NCBI GenBank assembly: GCA_020137815.1
Contig: CM035351.1
Span: 6,448,001 to 6,512,000, forward strand
Length of the DNA stretch: 64,000 nt
Reading direction: 5' to 3'
DNA from: Hormiphora californensis
Lineage: Eukaryota > Animalia > Ctenophora
This document shows positions 38,151 to 51,174 of this stretch, in pieces. Both the position numbers and the translations under genes were made by a program. Numbering within the stretch: the first letter of the stretch is position 1; every line of letters begins with the position of its first letter. Below the pieces are notes generated by a model, which saw only the letters and a list, made by a program, of their open reading frames with translations, was not told where the DNA came from and did not search any database.

Positions 38151-38777
38151 TCCCAAAAATGTCCATTTTAAGGGCTTTTTGAGGCCCTCCCCCTAATTAG
38201 GTTTCTTAATTTTGGGGTTTCTTAATTTTGGGGTTTCTTAATTTTGGGGTTCTTAATTTTGGGGTTTTCTTATTTTTGGGGTTTCTTATTTTTGGGGTTT
38301 CTTATTTTGGGGTTTCTTAATTTTGGGGTTTCTTAATTTTGGGGTTTCTTAATTTTGGGGTTTCTTAATTTTGGGGTTTCTTAATTTTGGGGTTTCTTAA
38401 TTTTGGGGTTTCTTAATTTTGGGGTTTCTTAATTTTGGGGTTTCTTAATTTTGGGGTTTCTTAATTTTGGGGTTTCTTAATTTTGGGGTTTCTTATTTTT
38501 GGGGTTTCTTATTTTTGGTTTCTTATTTTTTTAGTTTCTTAATTTTGGTTTCTTATTTTTTCAGTTTCTTAATAAACGAGAGAGTTTCTTATTTTTATGG
38601 TTTCTAAATTTTGGGGTTTCTTGTAAAAAAGTTTATTATTTAAAAGTTTCTTGAAATATGCGAGCTTAATTAACGAGAGTAAGGTAAATCCAAAGTAGCT
38701 ATCTGAGGGACTATATAATATAGGGCCTACCGCCTATACAAGTGCCGTCTTTGATTTCAATATTAATCCAATATAGG

Positions 38778-38951
38778 ATGCCGAAGTATAAAGCTGCATC
38801 CCAGACCAAGAAAGACACCCCCGCCACGAGGAAGAAACGTCGAGCCCTGATCAAAGAGGGTCACGAGAAAATGATAACACATGGTGTACCTGTATTTGCA
38901 GCCGCTTTTGTGGCCTTATTGGTCACAATTTATTATTGCACTCTGAAATGA
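38778..38951 (+). CDS. SMCO4: Small single-pass membrane protein with coiled coil (57 aa)
   Basis: KKDTPATRKKRRALIKEGHEKMITHGVPVFAAAFVALLVTIYYCT aligns by eye with SMCO4 (KKETSKDKKERKQAMQEARQQITTVVLPTLAVVVLLIVVFVYVAT); AG two bases before the ATG. Confidence 0.75.
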   Translation: MPKYKAASQTKKDTPATRKKRRALIKEGHEKMITHGVPVFAAAFVALLVTIYYCTLK

Positions 38952-39367
38952 AAAGGAAAATTAAATGTGGCCCTATTATCTCCAATTTATTATTGCACTC
39001 TGAAATGAAAAGGGAAATTATATGTAACACTCTGAAATGAAAAGGAAAATTAAATGTGACCCTATCATTTCCAATTTACTAAAACCACTTAGTTGTTAGC
39101 TAACTGTGCCTGAACCGGTATATCTTTGTTTTTGTGCTTTGAAATGAAAATGGAATATATATGTGTACATTGTTTAACTTCTTTGTATGTCTTATATTAA
39201 CTCTCTATGTGTATATTTTACTATTTAACATTCAGAATCGTTTTCGATTTTTAACAATTTTAACAGTTTAAATGTAAATGGTATGTGAAAAAGTTATGAA
39301 TGTTAAATGTCTTAAAATCTTTACCGTATTTGTATAGGGAAGTTCGTAGTCGTCAATTTTCCATTCC

Positions 39368-40737
39368 CTGACCCATTATTCCCGGCCCTAGATCCCGGTA
39401 AACTGACCCATTATTCCCGGCCCTAGTTCCCGGTAAACTGATCCATTATTCCCGGCCCTAGATCCCGGTAAACTGACCCATTATTCCCGGCCCTATTTCC
39501 CGGTAAACTGACCCATTATTCCCGGCCCTAGTACCCGGTAAACTGACCCATTATTCCCGGCCCTAGTACCCGGTAAACTGACCCATTATTCCCGGCCCTA
39601 GTACCCGGTAAACTGACCCATTATTCCCGGCCCTAGTACCCGGTAAACTGACCCATTATTCCCGGCCCTAGTACCCGGTAAACTGACCCATTATTCCCGG
39701 CCCTAGTACCCGGTAAACTGACCCATTATTCCCGGCCCTAGTACCCGGTAAACTGACCCATTATTCCCGGCCCTAGTACCCGGTAAACTGACCCATTATT
39801 CCCGGCCCTAGTACCCGGTAAACTGACCCATTATTCCCGGCCCTAGTACCCGGTAAACTGACCCATTATTCCCGGCCCTAGTTACCCGGTAAACTGACCC
39901 ATTATTCCCGGCCCTAGTACCCGGTAAACTGACCCATTATTCCCGGCCCTAGTTACCCGGTAAACTGACCCATTATTCCCGGCCCTAGTACCCGGTAAAC
40001 TGACCCATTATTCCCGGCCCTAGTACCCGGTAAACTGACCCATTATTCCCGGCCCTAGTACCCGGTAAACTGACCCATTATTCCCGGCCCTAGTACCCGG
40101 TAAACTGACCCATTATTCCCGGCCCTAGTACCCGGTAAACTGACCCATTATTCCCGGCCCTAGTACCCGGTAAACTGACCCATTATTCCCGGCCCTAGTA
40201 CCCGGTAAACTGACCCATTATTCCCGGCCCTAGTACCCGGTAAACTGACCCATTATTCCCGGCCCTAGTACCCGGTAAACTGACCCATTATTCCCGGCCC
40301 TAGTACCCGGTAAACTGACCCATTATTCCCGGCCCTAGTACCCGGTAAACTGACCCATTATTCCCGGCCCTAGTACCCGGTAAACTGACCCATTATTCCC
40401 GGCCCTAGTACCCGGTAAACTGACCCATTATTCCCGGCCCTAGTACCCGGTAAACTGACCCATTATTCCCGGCCCTAGTACCCGGTAAACTGACCCATTA
40501 TTCCCGGCCCTAGTACCCGGTAAACTGACCCATTATTCCCGGCCCTAGTACCCGGTAAACTGACCCATTATTCCCGGCCCTAGTTCCCGGTAAACTGACC
40601 CATTATTCCCGGCCCTAGTTCCCGGTAAACTGACCCATTATTCCCGGCCCTAGTACCCGGTAAACTGACCCATTATTCCCGGCCCTAGATCCCGGTAAAC
40701 TGACCCATTATTCCCGGCGCTAATACCCATTATTCCC
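39368..40737. repeat. 35-bp tandem satellite, about 38-39 highly homogeneous copies
   Basis: Unit ctgacccattattcccggccctagtacccggtaaa; variants concentrated at the array edges. Confidence 0.98.
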
Positions 40738-40757
40738 TATGATAGCACTTTCTAGCC

Positions 40758-42373
40758 ATGGATCTCGAGTATACGCCACACACTTCCCCCATCAACCCTG
40801 GTCTCTACTCGCAGCTCTCTCTTGTTCTTATGGGTATTGGAATCTTCTTCATGGCATGGTTCTTTGTTTATGAGGTAAACTAATTTACACAAGCAATACT
40901 TGTCATCAGAGTCCAGAGAACTTTATTCTGCACTGGATGCAGAAAGAGAAATAATGTAATGCCTATTATTCTCACTCCTCCTTCCCTAATGCTATTATTA
41001 AATTCCCTCCCACCCTGTTAAATACTATCTCTCTTTCACTTAAAGTTGTGATCCCCATCAAGAGCCTTGTTTTCATTTCATCTCCTCGTCACATCTGATG
41101 CACTCTAAAAGCCCCCATTTTCACTATGGTGTTATTTATTTGGTTGATCCTCTCTGCTCTCCTCGGAGGGGGCACATCAGCTCTTCTGAATAGTCACGAG
41201 GTTGCCACCGCTAACAAACTAAAGTGCGACCTGTATGCGGTCGTTGATGAGCCGAAGAAGACCAAAAAGTGGAAAAGCTGCAAGTCGAATGATGAGAAGG
41301 TGTTTGCGTGTCGTGAGAAGGGTTATGAGGTCTCTAAAAAGGGTCTAGTTGATGAGGACATGGTGGCCTGTGAATATATCTTCTCCTCAGATCATTATAC
41401 CATCCACGCCGCTCTGATCGAGGCCGGTAAGGCGGCAGTGGTGACGAAATGGAAGAAGAAAGAGGACACTTTTGATGATGCTATAGATGTTGTCGTGGAT
41501 GAGACCGTCGAGAACTTGACGGCACAAAAATCTGGAACAGAAGTGGACAAGAAAAAGGCGGAATATGTGCTCATCCGTGCGATGCGGGAGATGGAAATTA
41601 AGGAGGATGTGGTGAGACTATTAGAGGAAATGAGTGTAGTGATATCGCCCATGAGAGAGGAATTAGCGAAGAAGAGGAAACAGGTTCTGCTACAGTATGA
41701 AGATATCAGGGGCTATGCTGAATTAAGAACACCTCCCCCCTTTCTTAATTGGTAATGAAATTACTCCTCCACGCTATAATAGCTCACAAATATAATGCAC
41801 TAGTGGGGGTGACTTCGTTACAAACCCTTTTGCTAATATATGGGGTGAGATTAAGTCCCATTTTCCCCGTTATTACATGTGTCAGCACCCTCGTTGTGCT
41901 CATATGACGGCAAAATACCGCATAATTACCAGGAGACACATCATTTTCCGTGAGATTGACAGTTTGTGACTGTCATGTCGTGTGATAGTTTGTTACTCAA
42001 CAAGTGATTAACATCAAATCAAGCTAAACTTGACATACTTCTACAACTTCTCATATTCATATAATAATTCATATTCAGATTTCAGACATAACTCTCTGAT
42101 AAACTTCCCAGACAAGCTTGCAATGTTTCTCTCTCCCTCCCTCTTTGACATGTCCCCCCCTACCTAGCTCCGTGCCCCACATATTACACATGTATAGGAG
42201 CGTTATCTAACATAACAACCAGATAATATTGACATGTCCCCCCCCTCCCCCAGGTAACATCAACCAAGTTCAGCCGCCAGATCTCGATCGAGGGAATGCT
42301 CTCCTTGACAGCTGCTGCCTTCCTTGGCTTCGGAACTCTATTTACCATGCTGTGGGCAGGGATCTATGTGTGA
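40758..42373 (+). CDS. TMEM258: Oligosaccharyltransferase subunit TMEM258/OST5; exons 40758-40874 and 42254-42373
   Basis: MDLEYTPHTSPINPGLYSQLSLVLMGIGIFFMAWFFVYE|VTSTKFSRQISIEGMLSLTAAAFLGFGTLFTMLWAGIYV*, closely matching TMEM258; GT-AG intron. Not in the ORF track. Confidence 0.93.
41126..41755 (+). CDS. Unknown secreted protein (209 aa), intronless, nested in the TMEM258 intron on the same strand
   Basis: Signal peptide MVLFIWLILSALLGGGTSA, 4 Cys, charged helical C-terminal half; clean 630-bp ORF. Confidence 0.75.
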   Translation: MVLFIWLILSALLGGGTSALLNSHEVATANKLKCDLYAVVDEPKKTKKWKSCKSNDEKVFACREKGYEVSKKGLVDEDMVACEYIFSSDHYTIHAALIEAGKAAVVTKWKKKEDTFDDAIDVVVDETVENLTAQKSGTEVDKKKAEYVLIRAMREMEIKEDVVRLLEEMSVVISPMREELAKKRKQVLLQYEDIRGYAELRTPPPFLNW

Positions 42374-43695
42374 GACATTTGTGTTTATTTTTTATGAGAT
42401 GCTATTAAAGTTATGCCAAACGAGAGAGAGAGAGACTGTGAGTGCTGACAACTGTTTTTTGGTTAGATATATATTCTGCTACCCTTCTTCTCTCCCTCCA
42501 TTAAATATTGGTTTTGTACAAATCTTAATAAGGGGTGCAGCAGTGAAGGGAAGGGGAGGGGAGCAGGATTCTCTACCTCGAGTATGACTTCATGTTTACT
42601 CTCTTCCACCATTTTCCTAGAAGACTAGAAAACGTTGCCGACAGATTAAAACGGTATTACATATACTCACAGCTGCACCCCTATTTATGGTTCAGTTTAA
42701 CAGTGGTTATTGTTTCTGGAAGATGGAGCTATAAATGGTCCCATTTTCTTAAACCGAGCGCTAATAAAGGGTGGAGACATTACGTAGAGCTCAACTGTTT
42801 ACTATCTAGCGGTCCGTCTAAATCATCGTACAAATATTCACTCATATAATGCACTTAGTAAATCTCTTTGTCAGATAGATCATAATATACTAGTCTAAAA
42901 ACGGAGTAGATAAAGGTTAAGCTGATTTACTATATGTGGAATAAAACCACTTAAAACCGGTATACCTTTGTTCTAGAACTCGATTCAAGAGCTATATATC
43001 AAATTAAGTGCTTTTCCACCATGTCCTCTCAGTCGAACAGTTTTGAGATGATCACTTGCACTCTGTGTGAGGAGCAATTCAATCAGAAAGCTCCTCCTCC
43101 AGCTGCTTACAGGGTGGTCCATCATCATCTTGTGTATGACAATGGTAAAACTTCTTCTTTGCAGAAATGGAAGAATTGCTGCCGGAATCCTCTTTTCTTC
43201 ATGTTCGTACGGCGCGGTGTCCTCTAAAGAGGGTTTGGTGACGTGTGCGCGTCTCAAACCATTCCGCGCGATAAGAAGTGAGCCGTCACACTTCTCGCCC
43301 GGATCAGATCGGCCGTCACCGTTTTCAACCAGACTTGTTAACTGGTGATGTGGTTTAAACCACTTGTTTTAACGCTATCCGGATTCCGGCACCTCCAGAA
43401 ATTACATAAGTATCCACCATTTCATCAGAAGATCTGTCCGACAGCTAAAGGAAACACAGACTTCACATAAGAATAAATTCAAATCAGTCAAAAATAAAAA
43501 CGTGTATCACGATTTAATCAATTCGATAGTGTATAAGTGTACACTGTCGAATTGATTAAGTTACGAGTGCCATGAATTAATTTCAGAGACTACTTCAGGG
43601 GAAGATCGCAGCTTGATCTCCCCTGAAGCAATCTCTGAAATTAATTCCTAGCTCATTGATTGTATTGTCCTCCCCTTCACACAAGTTCACACAGT

Positions 43696-46500
43696 TCAGT
43701 CCATGTCGCCGTATAAAGCGGCCCAATCGTCCTCTGTCTCTGGTACAAATCTGGCCTCTCTCTCCTCTGCTGGTGTTAAGGTCTTCTTCACTTCTTCTTC
43801 AGACGCCAGCTTCCTTTTCAGACCCTTCGGTAACCAAACCTTCTTAACTGCAAGAAATAGGTCACATTATTGGCAAGAGTTGGTAAATCAGCGGTTTCGA
43901 TTCTGATTCAGGTTGGAAAGGGCGGCGGGGATGGTTCCAATAAACTACAAAAAGCCCAGTTTTACCTTGTTTCGTTCCTCCAAAGCACTCTTTCATCATG
44001 AGAAGGGCATGTGGCACTTCCTGGTCGGCCTCTTGCCAACACATTAATAAGATCATTGATATTCCGAGAGTCATTAGGCGTGATAAACGTATAGGCAGTA
44101 CCTGGGTAATAAGATAAAGGTTGCTTGGGTACACCTGTCTCGTAGTTGTTCTACAAGCTATAAAATATTCAATGCTAGGGTATCCTGCTATAGTAAGAAA
44201 ACGAGCCCAAGGTGTTAACTGTATTACTACAGAACTACAACATATATTAGTAGTGCACCTTGATTTACCTGCTTGATTTTAATCATAAAAACTAAAAATA
44301 GTGGCAGGTCAGAAGAATCTCGACACGCTATTACAGTACTGTAATAACGGGGTAATAACTCGCTATGACAGTACTGTAATCCTTTTCCGAAATTAATCGA
44401 GTACACCATATTATGGAGCACCGAGATAGAGAAGGTCGAGAGGTGGTCGAGTAAGGTAACAGGGAGTTATGAGATGATCTTACCACTTCTAGAAGCCCGG
44501 GCCGTCCTTCCTATCCTGTGAATGTAATCCTCAGTTGTGTTGGGGTAATCATAGTTGATAACGTTGGTGATGTCACTGATATCAATACCACGAGATGCCA
44601 CATCAGTAGCTATCAGTATCTTGATGCTGCCCCTCTTGAATCCTGTAGTAGGTGAAGGGGTATACTAGAGGGGTATACTAGAGGGGTATTGACTATTATA
44701 CTAGAGGGGTATTGACTATTATACTAGAGGGGTATTTAGGCGCATAAAGTTTAGAGGGTAATTGGAGTAAACAGAGAGGGTCGAGAGCAAGACAAGACTC
44801 GTGTTGAACAGATAACCATTGCATATTTCAAGCGGTTATATCTCTTGCCAAGAGCTAAGAATCAAGAAGAGACAACGAATCCTGACAACATAACTAAGAG
44901 CAACAAACAGACGGACAAACCTACAGAGCAACAAACGAATAAACCTACAGACCAACAAACGAATAAACCTACAGAGCAACAGACGGACAAACAACCTACG
45001 TTGTAAGATGTGTTCTCTGTCAGATTGCCGTTTATCCCCATGCATGGCTTCTACCGGCCACCTTTCTCTCTTCAAATCCTCGGCCAAGTCATCAGTCATC
45101 TTCTTGGTGTCAGTAAATACCAGCGTCTTGTTCGCCTCGCCCTCATCCCTGATCTGCTTCAGTAGGACCTTCAACTTTTCAAATTTCTCAAACCCTTCCA
45201 ACACCATAACGACCTGTTTTATCGCGTGGTTTGCTACCAGACCTTCCGAACCCAGGGTGATCTGGAGGGGGTTTTGGAGGAACTTGCCAGCCAGATCCTG
45301 TACCTCAACAGGCCATGTTGCTGATAGCATCAGTGTCTGGCGGTCTGGTCTTATTTGGGAGAGAATAGCGGTGATCTGCTGCTCGAAACCCATATCAAGA
45401 AGTCTATCAGCCTCGTCCAGTATCACATAGGAACAATCTCGCAGGGAGCACTGTCTCGTATCTAGCAGTTCAATTAGTCTCCCAGGGGTTGCTACAACAA
45501 GCTCAGCACCGTCAGCAAGACTACGGAGCTGTTGGTTCTTGGATGCTCCCCCAGTAAGAGCGAGGGCTCTAATCCGAACTGCAGCTGGCAAACTCCTCAC
45601 TAACACTCATTACCTGCTGAGCTAAGTTCACGTGTGGGACACAGGCAGAGTGCTATAGGGCCTTCTTTCGCAGGGGGCTGGGCTGTTATGTGAAGGAGAG
45701 CAGGAAGAAGGTACCCCAAGGTCTTGCCGCTCCCTGTTTGAGCAATCCCGATTAAATCCTTGCCAGACAGGGCTATTGGCCACACTTGGCTCTGGATGGG
45801 TGTGGGCTGGTCATATCCCTTTCTCCGGAACACCGTCTTGAGGCATTGGGGAAGGATATCTCCTCTATATCTAGAACTGGCCGTGGTGAATCCTCTGTCA
45901 CTGTCATGGAGTGGTGATCCCGGTATGCAACTGATCTCCGTTTCAGCCTCGGTCACTCGTAGCCGGACTCTCCTGAGATTGCAGTGATGGTGGTGGTGGT
46001 ACCTACCTGGCAGCCATGATCTCCATGTTTACCTACCTTGTACAACTCTTTAAAGATCTCTTTTAGCACCACTCCCGTCCAGTTGACTGGTTTCAAGCTG
46101 TGTGGTATATCTTCCTTATTACCCCAGCCCCTCACCCCAAACTCTCCCCGGCTGGATCCACCCCTGCCACCCTTTCGTGGGGGTGGTCCTCTAGATGAAG
46201 GAGCAGGAGGGGGTCGTGATGAGGGTGGAGGATCATTAGATCTAGGAGGCCTTGATGAGGGAGGATCATTAGATCTAGGGGGCCTCGATGAGGGAGGATC
46301 ATTAGAACCTGGGGGTCGGGGAGGGCCTAATCTGGGCCGCAAAGCAGGTTGCTCAGAACGGGAGGGTAATCTTGCGGTCTCCTGTCGAGACTGAGTGGTA
46401 GTGGATCTGTATTGAGATGTGGGGGCTGGGATTTGGGCCCACGAGTCCTCAGCAGGCCTTGAGATCAGCTGGGTTCGTTTGGATGCTGGCTGTTCGACAC
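43696..46500 (-). CDS. DEAD-box RNA helicase, DDX5/DDX17 (Dbp2)-like, multi-exon with apparent indels; 5' end may extend to ATG 47057
   Basis: Q-motif [57 protein letters not shown]; last exon ends [11 protein letters not shown]. Confidence 0.85.
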
Positions 46501-47275
46501 TGAAATGAAAGGAGTGTTAAATAGAGCTATTTCGGAGAAAAAATGTCTGCCCGAAACATACATTTCCTCAATATTTACCATGTATTTTGCTGAATGGAAC
46601 GCCTTACCTTGTGCCGCAGTGGATGTTTACTTACACTTAGTTTGTGTATACATTCAATACACGACACACACTCTACCTGCACTCAGAGATCTTCCCGATC
46701 TCAGATACAATCATCTAATAATGCTGTTACCTGAACATCAGTGGTGAATACATACTGTGTAAAAGAAATCACAAAAAGCAGAACCAATAACTTACAATGG
46801 TTAACATCAAGATAAATCATTTGGTATTTATCCGAAAACACACACCTGTCAGTAGAGAGGTCCATATCATCATCATCAGCCCTGTTATCAAGTCCTCCTG
46901 GTTTCACTAACATCGTCAAATATTCCCTGATTTTATATCGCTTGTCCTCCAGTGAGAGCTCGATAGTTCCACCAAAGTACAGATATTCACGGTCCACTTG
47001 CTGGTGAGATAGGAGAGAGACAAGCTCTAGACATGTCTGAGGGGTAAATGTACCCATATCTATAAGAGAGGATGAGTTATATTGATAGAGGGGTTAAGGG
47101 CAGATATATAGGGTTGACAATGAAACGAGTTATTAAAAAGCGTGGTTGTCTTCTTGAAACAGAAGTATACTTTGTATAACTGTAACTAATTCGTACAAAT
47201 AGCAATATTTTAAAACCCGGAATCAATACCCCGATTATGATACAACATATTTCTCTCTCTCTCTCTTTCTTCAAA

Positions 47276-48312
47276 CTATTGGTTCATGGGATTCAGAGGT
47301 GATTTCTTCCACTCCTTCCGTAGCATTTGTCGGATTTGAGACAGCCGGAGAGAGGGGTTCTCAGCTCGAAGCTGGGAGATTCTACCCTCTTCAAATGCTG
47401 TCCAGGCAGCCTTTCATCCTTTTTTCAGGATGCATGTCGGCCCCATCTCCACCAATATCGAGAGCCGCAATGGCTTGTTCCACGTTTTGGGCTACCTCAG
47501 TGTCCGTCATAACTCGGTTGAGGTTCTCGTGTATCGGCTCCTCCTGGGGGAAGGAGGGTGTTACATGGGGAGGGGGTGAGGTTACACTTGTCATAAAACA
47601 TCTGTCAAGAGGAAGAAAATGAATAATTCGGTTCATGCTCCGCGCGCGTCCCATCCCATGCGCGATCCCTACACTGCCTGGCCGACTACTTTGCACTGAT
47701 CCCTGAGCAGTCTGTGCTAGTTGTTGGCGCTCTCTGACCCTGATTTGTCCCATGATTGCTTCCTACCTCAGCCGCTGCAGCCTCTTTTGCCTCCTGTTCA
47801 GCTTGTGCTTCCTGCCGTCTCACCAGCTCCGCTTGAGTGATCTTCTTAGGTGGTACCTTCGCTTTAGTGCTCTCCTGCAACTGCTGCTCTTCCTCAGCCA
47901 ACATGTCAGCGTTCTGTTTCTTCCGTTCTAGAGCTGCCAACCTTTTCGCTTCCTCAGCTTTCTGGGTGTATTAGTCCGATCTGAGGTTACAAGTGGGGAG
48001 GTAGTATAGGGGAGGAGCCAGGTGTTCCAAATTCAAATGGGATCTTTGATTTTGCAATGGGGAGGTAACTGGCGAGGGGGTGATTGAGGTAGTATGGGGG
48101 AGGAGGTAGAGGGAGGATAGACATATTGAGCAGTGTCACAATTCACACACACCTTTCTCTGTTGTTTCTTATTAGCTTGTTTATCATCGTCCGCCCACCG
48201 CTCATCTTCAGCTGCAGCTGATGCCACTGCTTTCTTCTCCTCTGCAATGGCATTCTTTCTGGCTCGGGCCTCCTACTGCCTTGCTGTTCTCACCAACAAA
48301 CTTTTTAGGCAT
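47276..48312 (-). CDS. CCDC124: CCDC124/Lso2 homolog, 3 exons, two apparent +1 indels
   Basis: MPKKFVGENSKAV(E)ARARK, WADDDK, HPEKRMK(AAW)...ENPSLRLSQIRQMLRKEWKKSPLNPMNQ*. Confidence 0.9.
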
Positions 48313-48879
48313 GATTCCCGCTAGATTTAAGGGATGTGGTGAGAGGAGGGGTAGTTTGGAGTCGTGTGTTAGTAAAACAGGGGGATTTGTGTTGTTAAAA
48401 AGGCAAAATATAATAATCTACAAATAAATAGAGAGAGAAGCACGTGTGTTTGTTGTTCAGGGTGTGGGGGGTCTGAGTAAAGGGTGTCATTGGTACACTT
48501 TGAAACGTGTGTGAGAGAGATTTGATAGAGTTTTATTGGATCCGTTCCAAAGCGTACAAGGGGAGAGAAAAACGCAATGATGAAAATTTCATAATAAATT
48601 ATTACTTACTAACATAGCAGCTTGAGGAAACTAACTTGTGGGATAGAACATGTATGTTATATCTTGTAACTTGATATTATGTGTCTGGCATTTCTCTCTT
48701 TCTCAAAACATGGATACAGTTTGTAAAAAGTTCACGCTCTTGAGAAGGTAGGTAACAATCTGTTTTCAAAACACTCACTCACTAGGAAACGGAGTTTACA
48801 TGGGTCACATTTGTATGTATACGCTCTGAAAGGTAAAAGATAAAATGTAAAACTCTCTCTCTCTCCCTGTCTCTCTCTC

Positions 48880-50215
48880 CTAATGCTCTGCGTCAACTCC
48901 ATTCTCTTTCCCATCTCCCTCACTGTCTTTCTTCCTCTTACTCCGCTTGCCCCTCTCTTCATCTCTATGGCCGCTCCGGGACGATTCCCTCCGCGATGAC
49001 TCATCACCCCGTGATGACTTCCGACTGGATTTCTTTTCTGATTTCCGTGTAGGGCGACCTCCGTGATCTTGATCTATGTTCCGTGCTCCTATCTGCAGTT
49101 CGTCTCCTACTGCTGCCCTCCCGCCTCGAGGAGTGTTCTCTGGATCTCCTCCTTGGCCTCCTCCTACCCTCCTCATCAGACGAGCCCCCTCCCCCACCGT
49201 TACTATCCTCCCCAAAGGCTGGTGGTGGGAGGAGGAGGGGCGGGGCGATGGCACCCCCAGGAGGGGGTAACATAGAGGGCATACCGGGTGGAGGGAACAT
49301 GGTAGGGGGAGGTAGAGGTCCAGCCATTGATAGGGGATGTTGGAAGGCCACAGGTTTGGCACCATCCTCTTGTTTCACCTCTCTCATCATCTCCAGGGGA
49401 GCTAGACCTGGTGGTGCGAGTTGTGGTGGTATGGGAAGGAAGGAGGTAGGGGCGAACATGCCCATAGGTGTCGGCATCATGGCCCGGACTGCTGAGAGGG
49501 ATGACATGACTTGGGATGGAATCTCCTTCTTAGCTCCAATCACCCCAATACTGCCACCCAGACCAGGTGCCTTGGGCAGCTCAGGAAGAGCGGGCAATCT
49601 GCCAAGAACGGCAAACTCACGGTTCTTCTCCGCCGCTATACCACGTACAGATTTCTGTTTGTCACAATACGACTTCCAAGAATCCTCATTGAACCCATAA
49701 TTAAAGTAGTCAGTAAGATCGGCACCTGGCAATCTCCAGGGCTTCTCTTCACACATTGTATCAATATCATAATCATAGATTGGAACACCGTTAATATTAC
49801 CCACTGCATTCACATCTATTGTCCGCTTACTAGATGTTACAGTTACCGGGGCTGATACTTGAGGTATGGTGGGTGGTAATGCTGTGATGACACTAACTAC
49901 TTTCGGTTGATTTACCGACTGTTGGGGGAATGACATGCCGTAAGGACCAGGAGCTTTCTTATTAATCTCTCCGATTGTTATTTCAATATCATCATCTGAG
50001 TCTTCCTCGCTTTCCGAGGCACCCGAGTCAACACCATTCCCAAATTTAGACACGAACTCAGTGGCGTTAGCGTCTAAACTGGATTTGGTCTCGTCTCCCT
50101 CGGGGGGTTTGGTTGCTCCTTCATAAAGCCAGCTACTGTCTTGGGACGAGGGAGCGGTGTCAGCTGCGGTGGTGGTGGTGGGAGGAATCACGTTGGTTAT
50201 CTCTAGAGCAGCCAT
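48880..50215 (-). CDS. FIP1L1: Pre-mRNA 3'-end processing factor FIP1; apparent +1 indel at about 49053
   Basis: Fip1 motif [28 protein letters not shown]; acidic N-terminus; Pro-rich then R/S/E-rich tail continuing in the 48880 frame. Confidence 0.93.
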
Positions 50216-50536
50216 TTTACATCTCCTGTAGGGAAGTGAGGGTTTGTTAGCAGGGAAGACATGGTTTGTTTGGAGCCAGGAGAGATCAGGGAACTGGGAA
50301 GGATTGATTTGTTAGGATGATGTACTAGATAGTGAAGGAATCAGGGGAGTCAGGGAGTAAGAAGAAATAAAGAAAGGAAAGAGAAGTGGAAACTGAAACG
50401 GGATCAAGTTACTAGGTACTCTCTAATAAAACACCTGTGTACATGTAAGAGATCTGGTATAAAACAAACGTACAAAATAAAAGTAATAACTTAGTTGGTA
50501 ATAAATTAAACTCAAAAACATCCCCACAACCCCTCT

Positions 50537-51100
50537 CTATGCTTGTTTGTATCTCCACAGAGGGTTAGGACCATCTTCTATCAATTTATCTGCCGTCCAT
50601 AGCCGCTCATCGAGGGGGAACCGACAGGAGATAATATCGGTATCAGACTTAAGTTCCTCCTTTAATTTCTTGCTGATGTCGTCCATCATCCCTTCTCCTC
50701 CGAACACTATTACTGTGTCGTAGGGTGATAGGTCGTACTGAAATAGAAAGAGGAAGAGTTACAAAGGGTGGGATATTTGTTAGGGAAAAGGAGGGGTATA
50801 ATTTCACACCAAACCTACTGGAATCCACTACACCAACTCCATAATTACCTTCCACAGATCAGCCCGTTTGAAGGATGTCCTGGAATTAGTTCCACTAACT
50901 AGACTCTTCCACCTGGAGTATAGAACCAACCAGATATTCAACTCAATCCCATCGGCTTGAGGGAAGCCCTTCTTAGCAGCCTCTATAACCACCCTTCCAT
51001 CTCCACTACCAAGATCTATTAAACGTGATGTAGCTGTAGGTCGGAGTTCCTTGAAAATCAGATCGATCTGAGAGATGGGACAGCTAGGTGTGAGATGTGG

Positions 51101-51174
<74 letters not shown>

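Larger units (their letters stand above)
30050..38684. mobile_element. Foldback-like DNA transposon (8.6 kb) with long TIRs containing 16-bp tandem repeats, TA flanks
   Basis: TA|CCTTACTCTCG...CGAGAGTAAGG|TA; (aagaaaccccaaaaWt)n at 30125-30580, inverted at 38200-38620; the inner unique TIR segment is also inverted. Confidence 0.8.

Noticed and set aside
39368-40737. CRISPR-like array (35-bp unit)
   Set aside because: Head-to-tail repeats with no unique spacers, no cas genes and a eukaryotic context; it is a satellite.
42592-43348. Short ORFs between TMEM258 and the DDX gene
   Set aside because: No recognisable motifs or consistent exon structure; cannot support a gene call.
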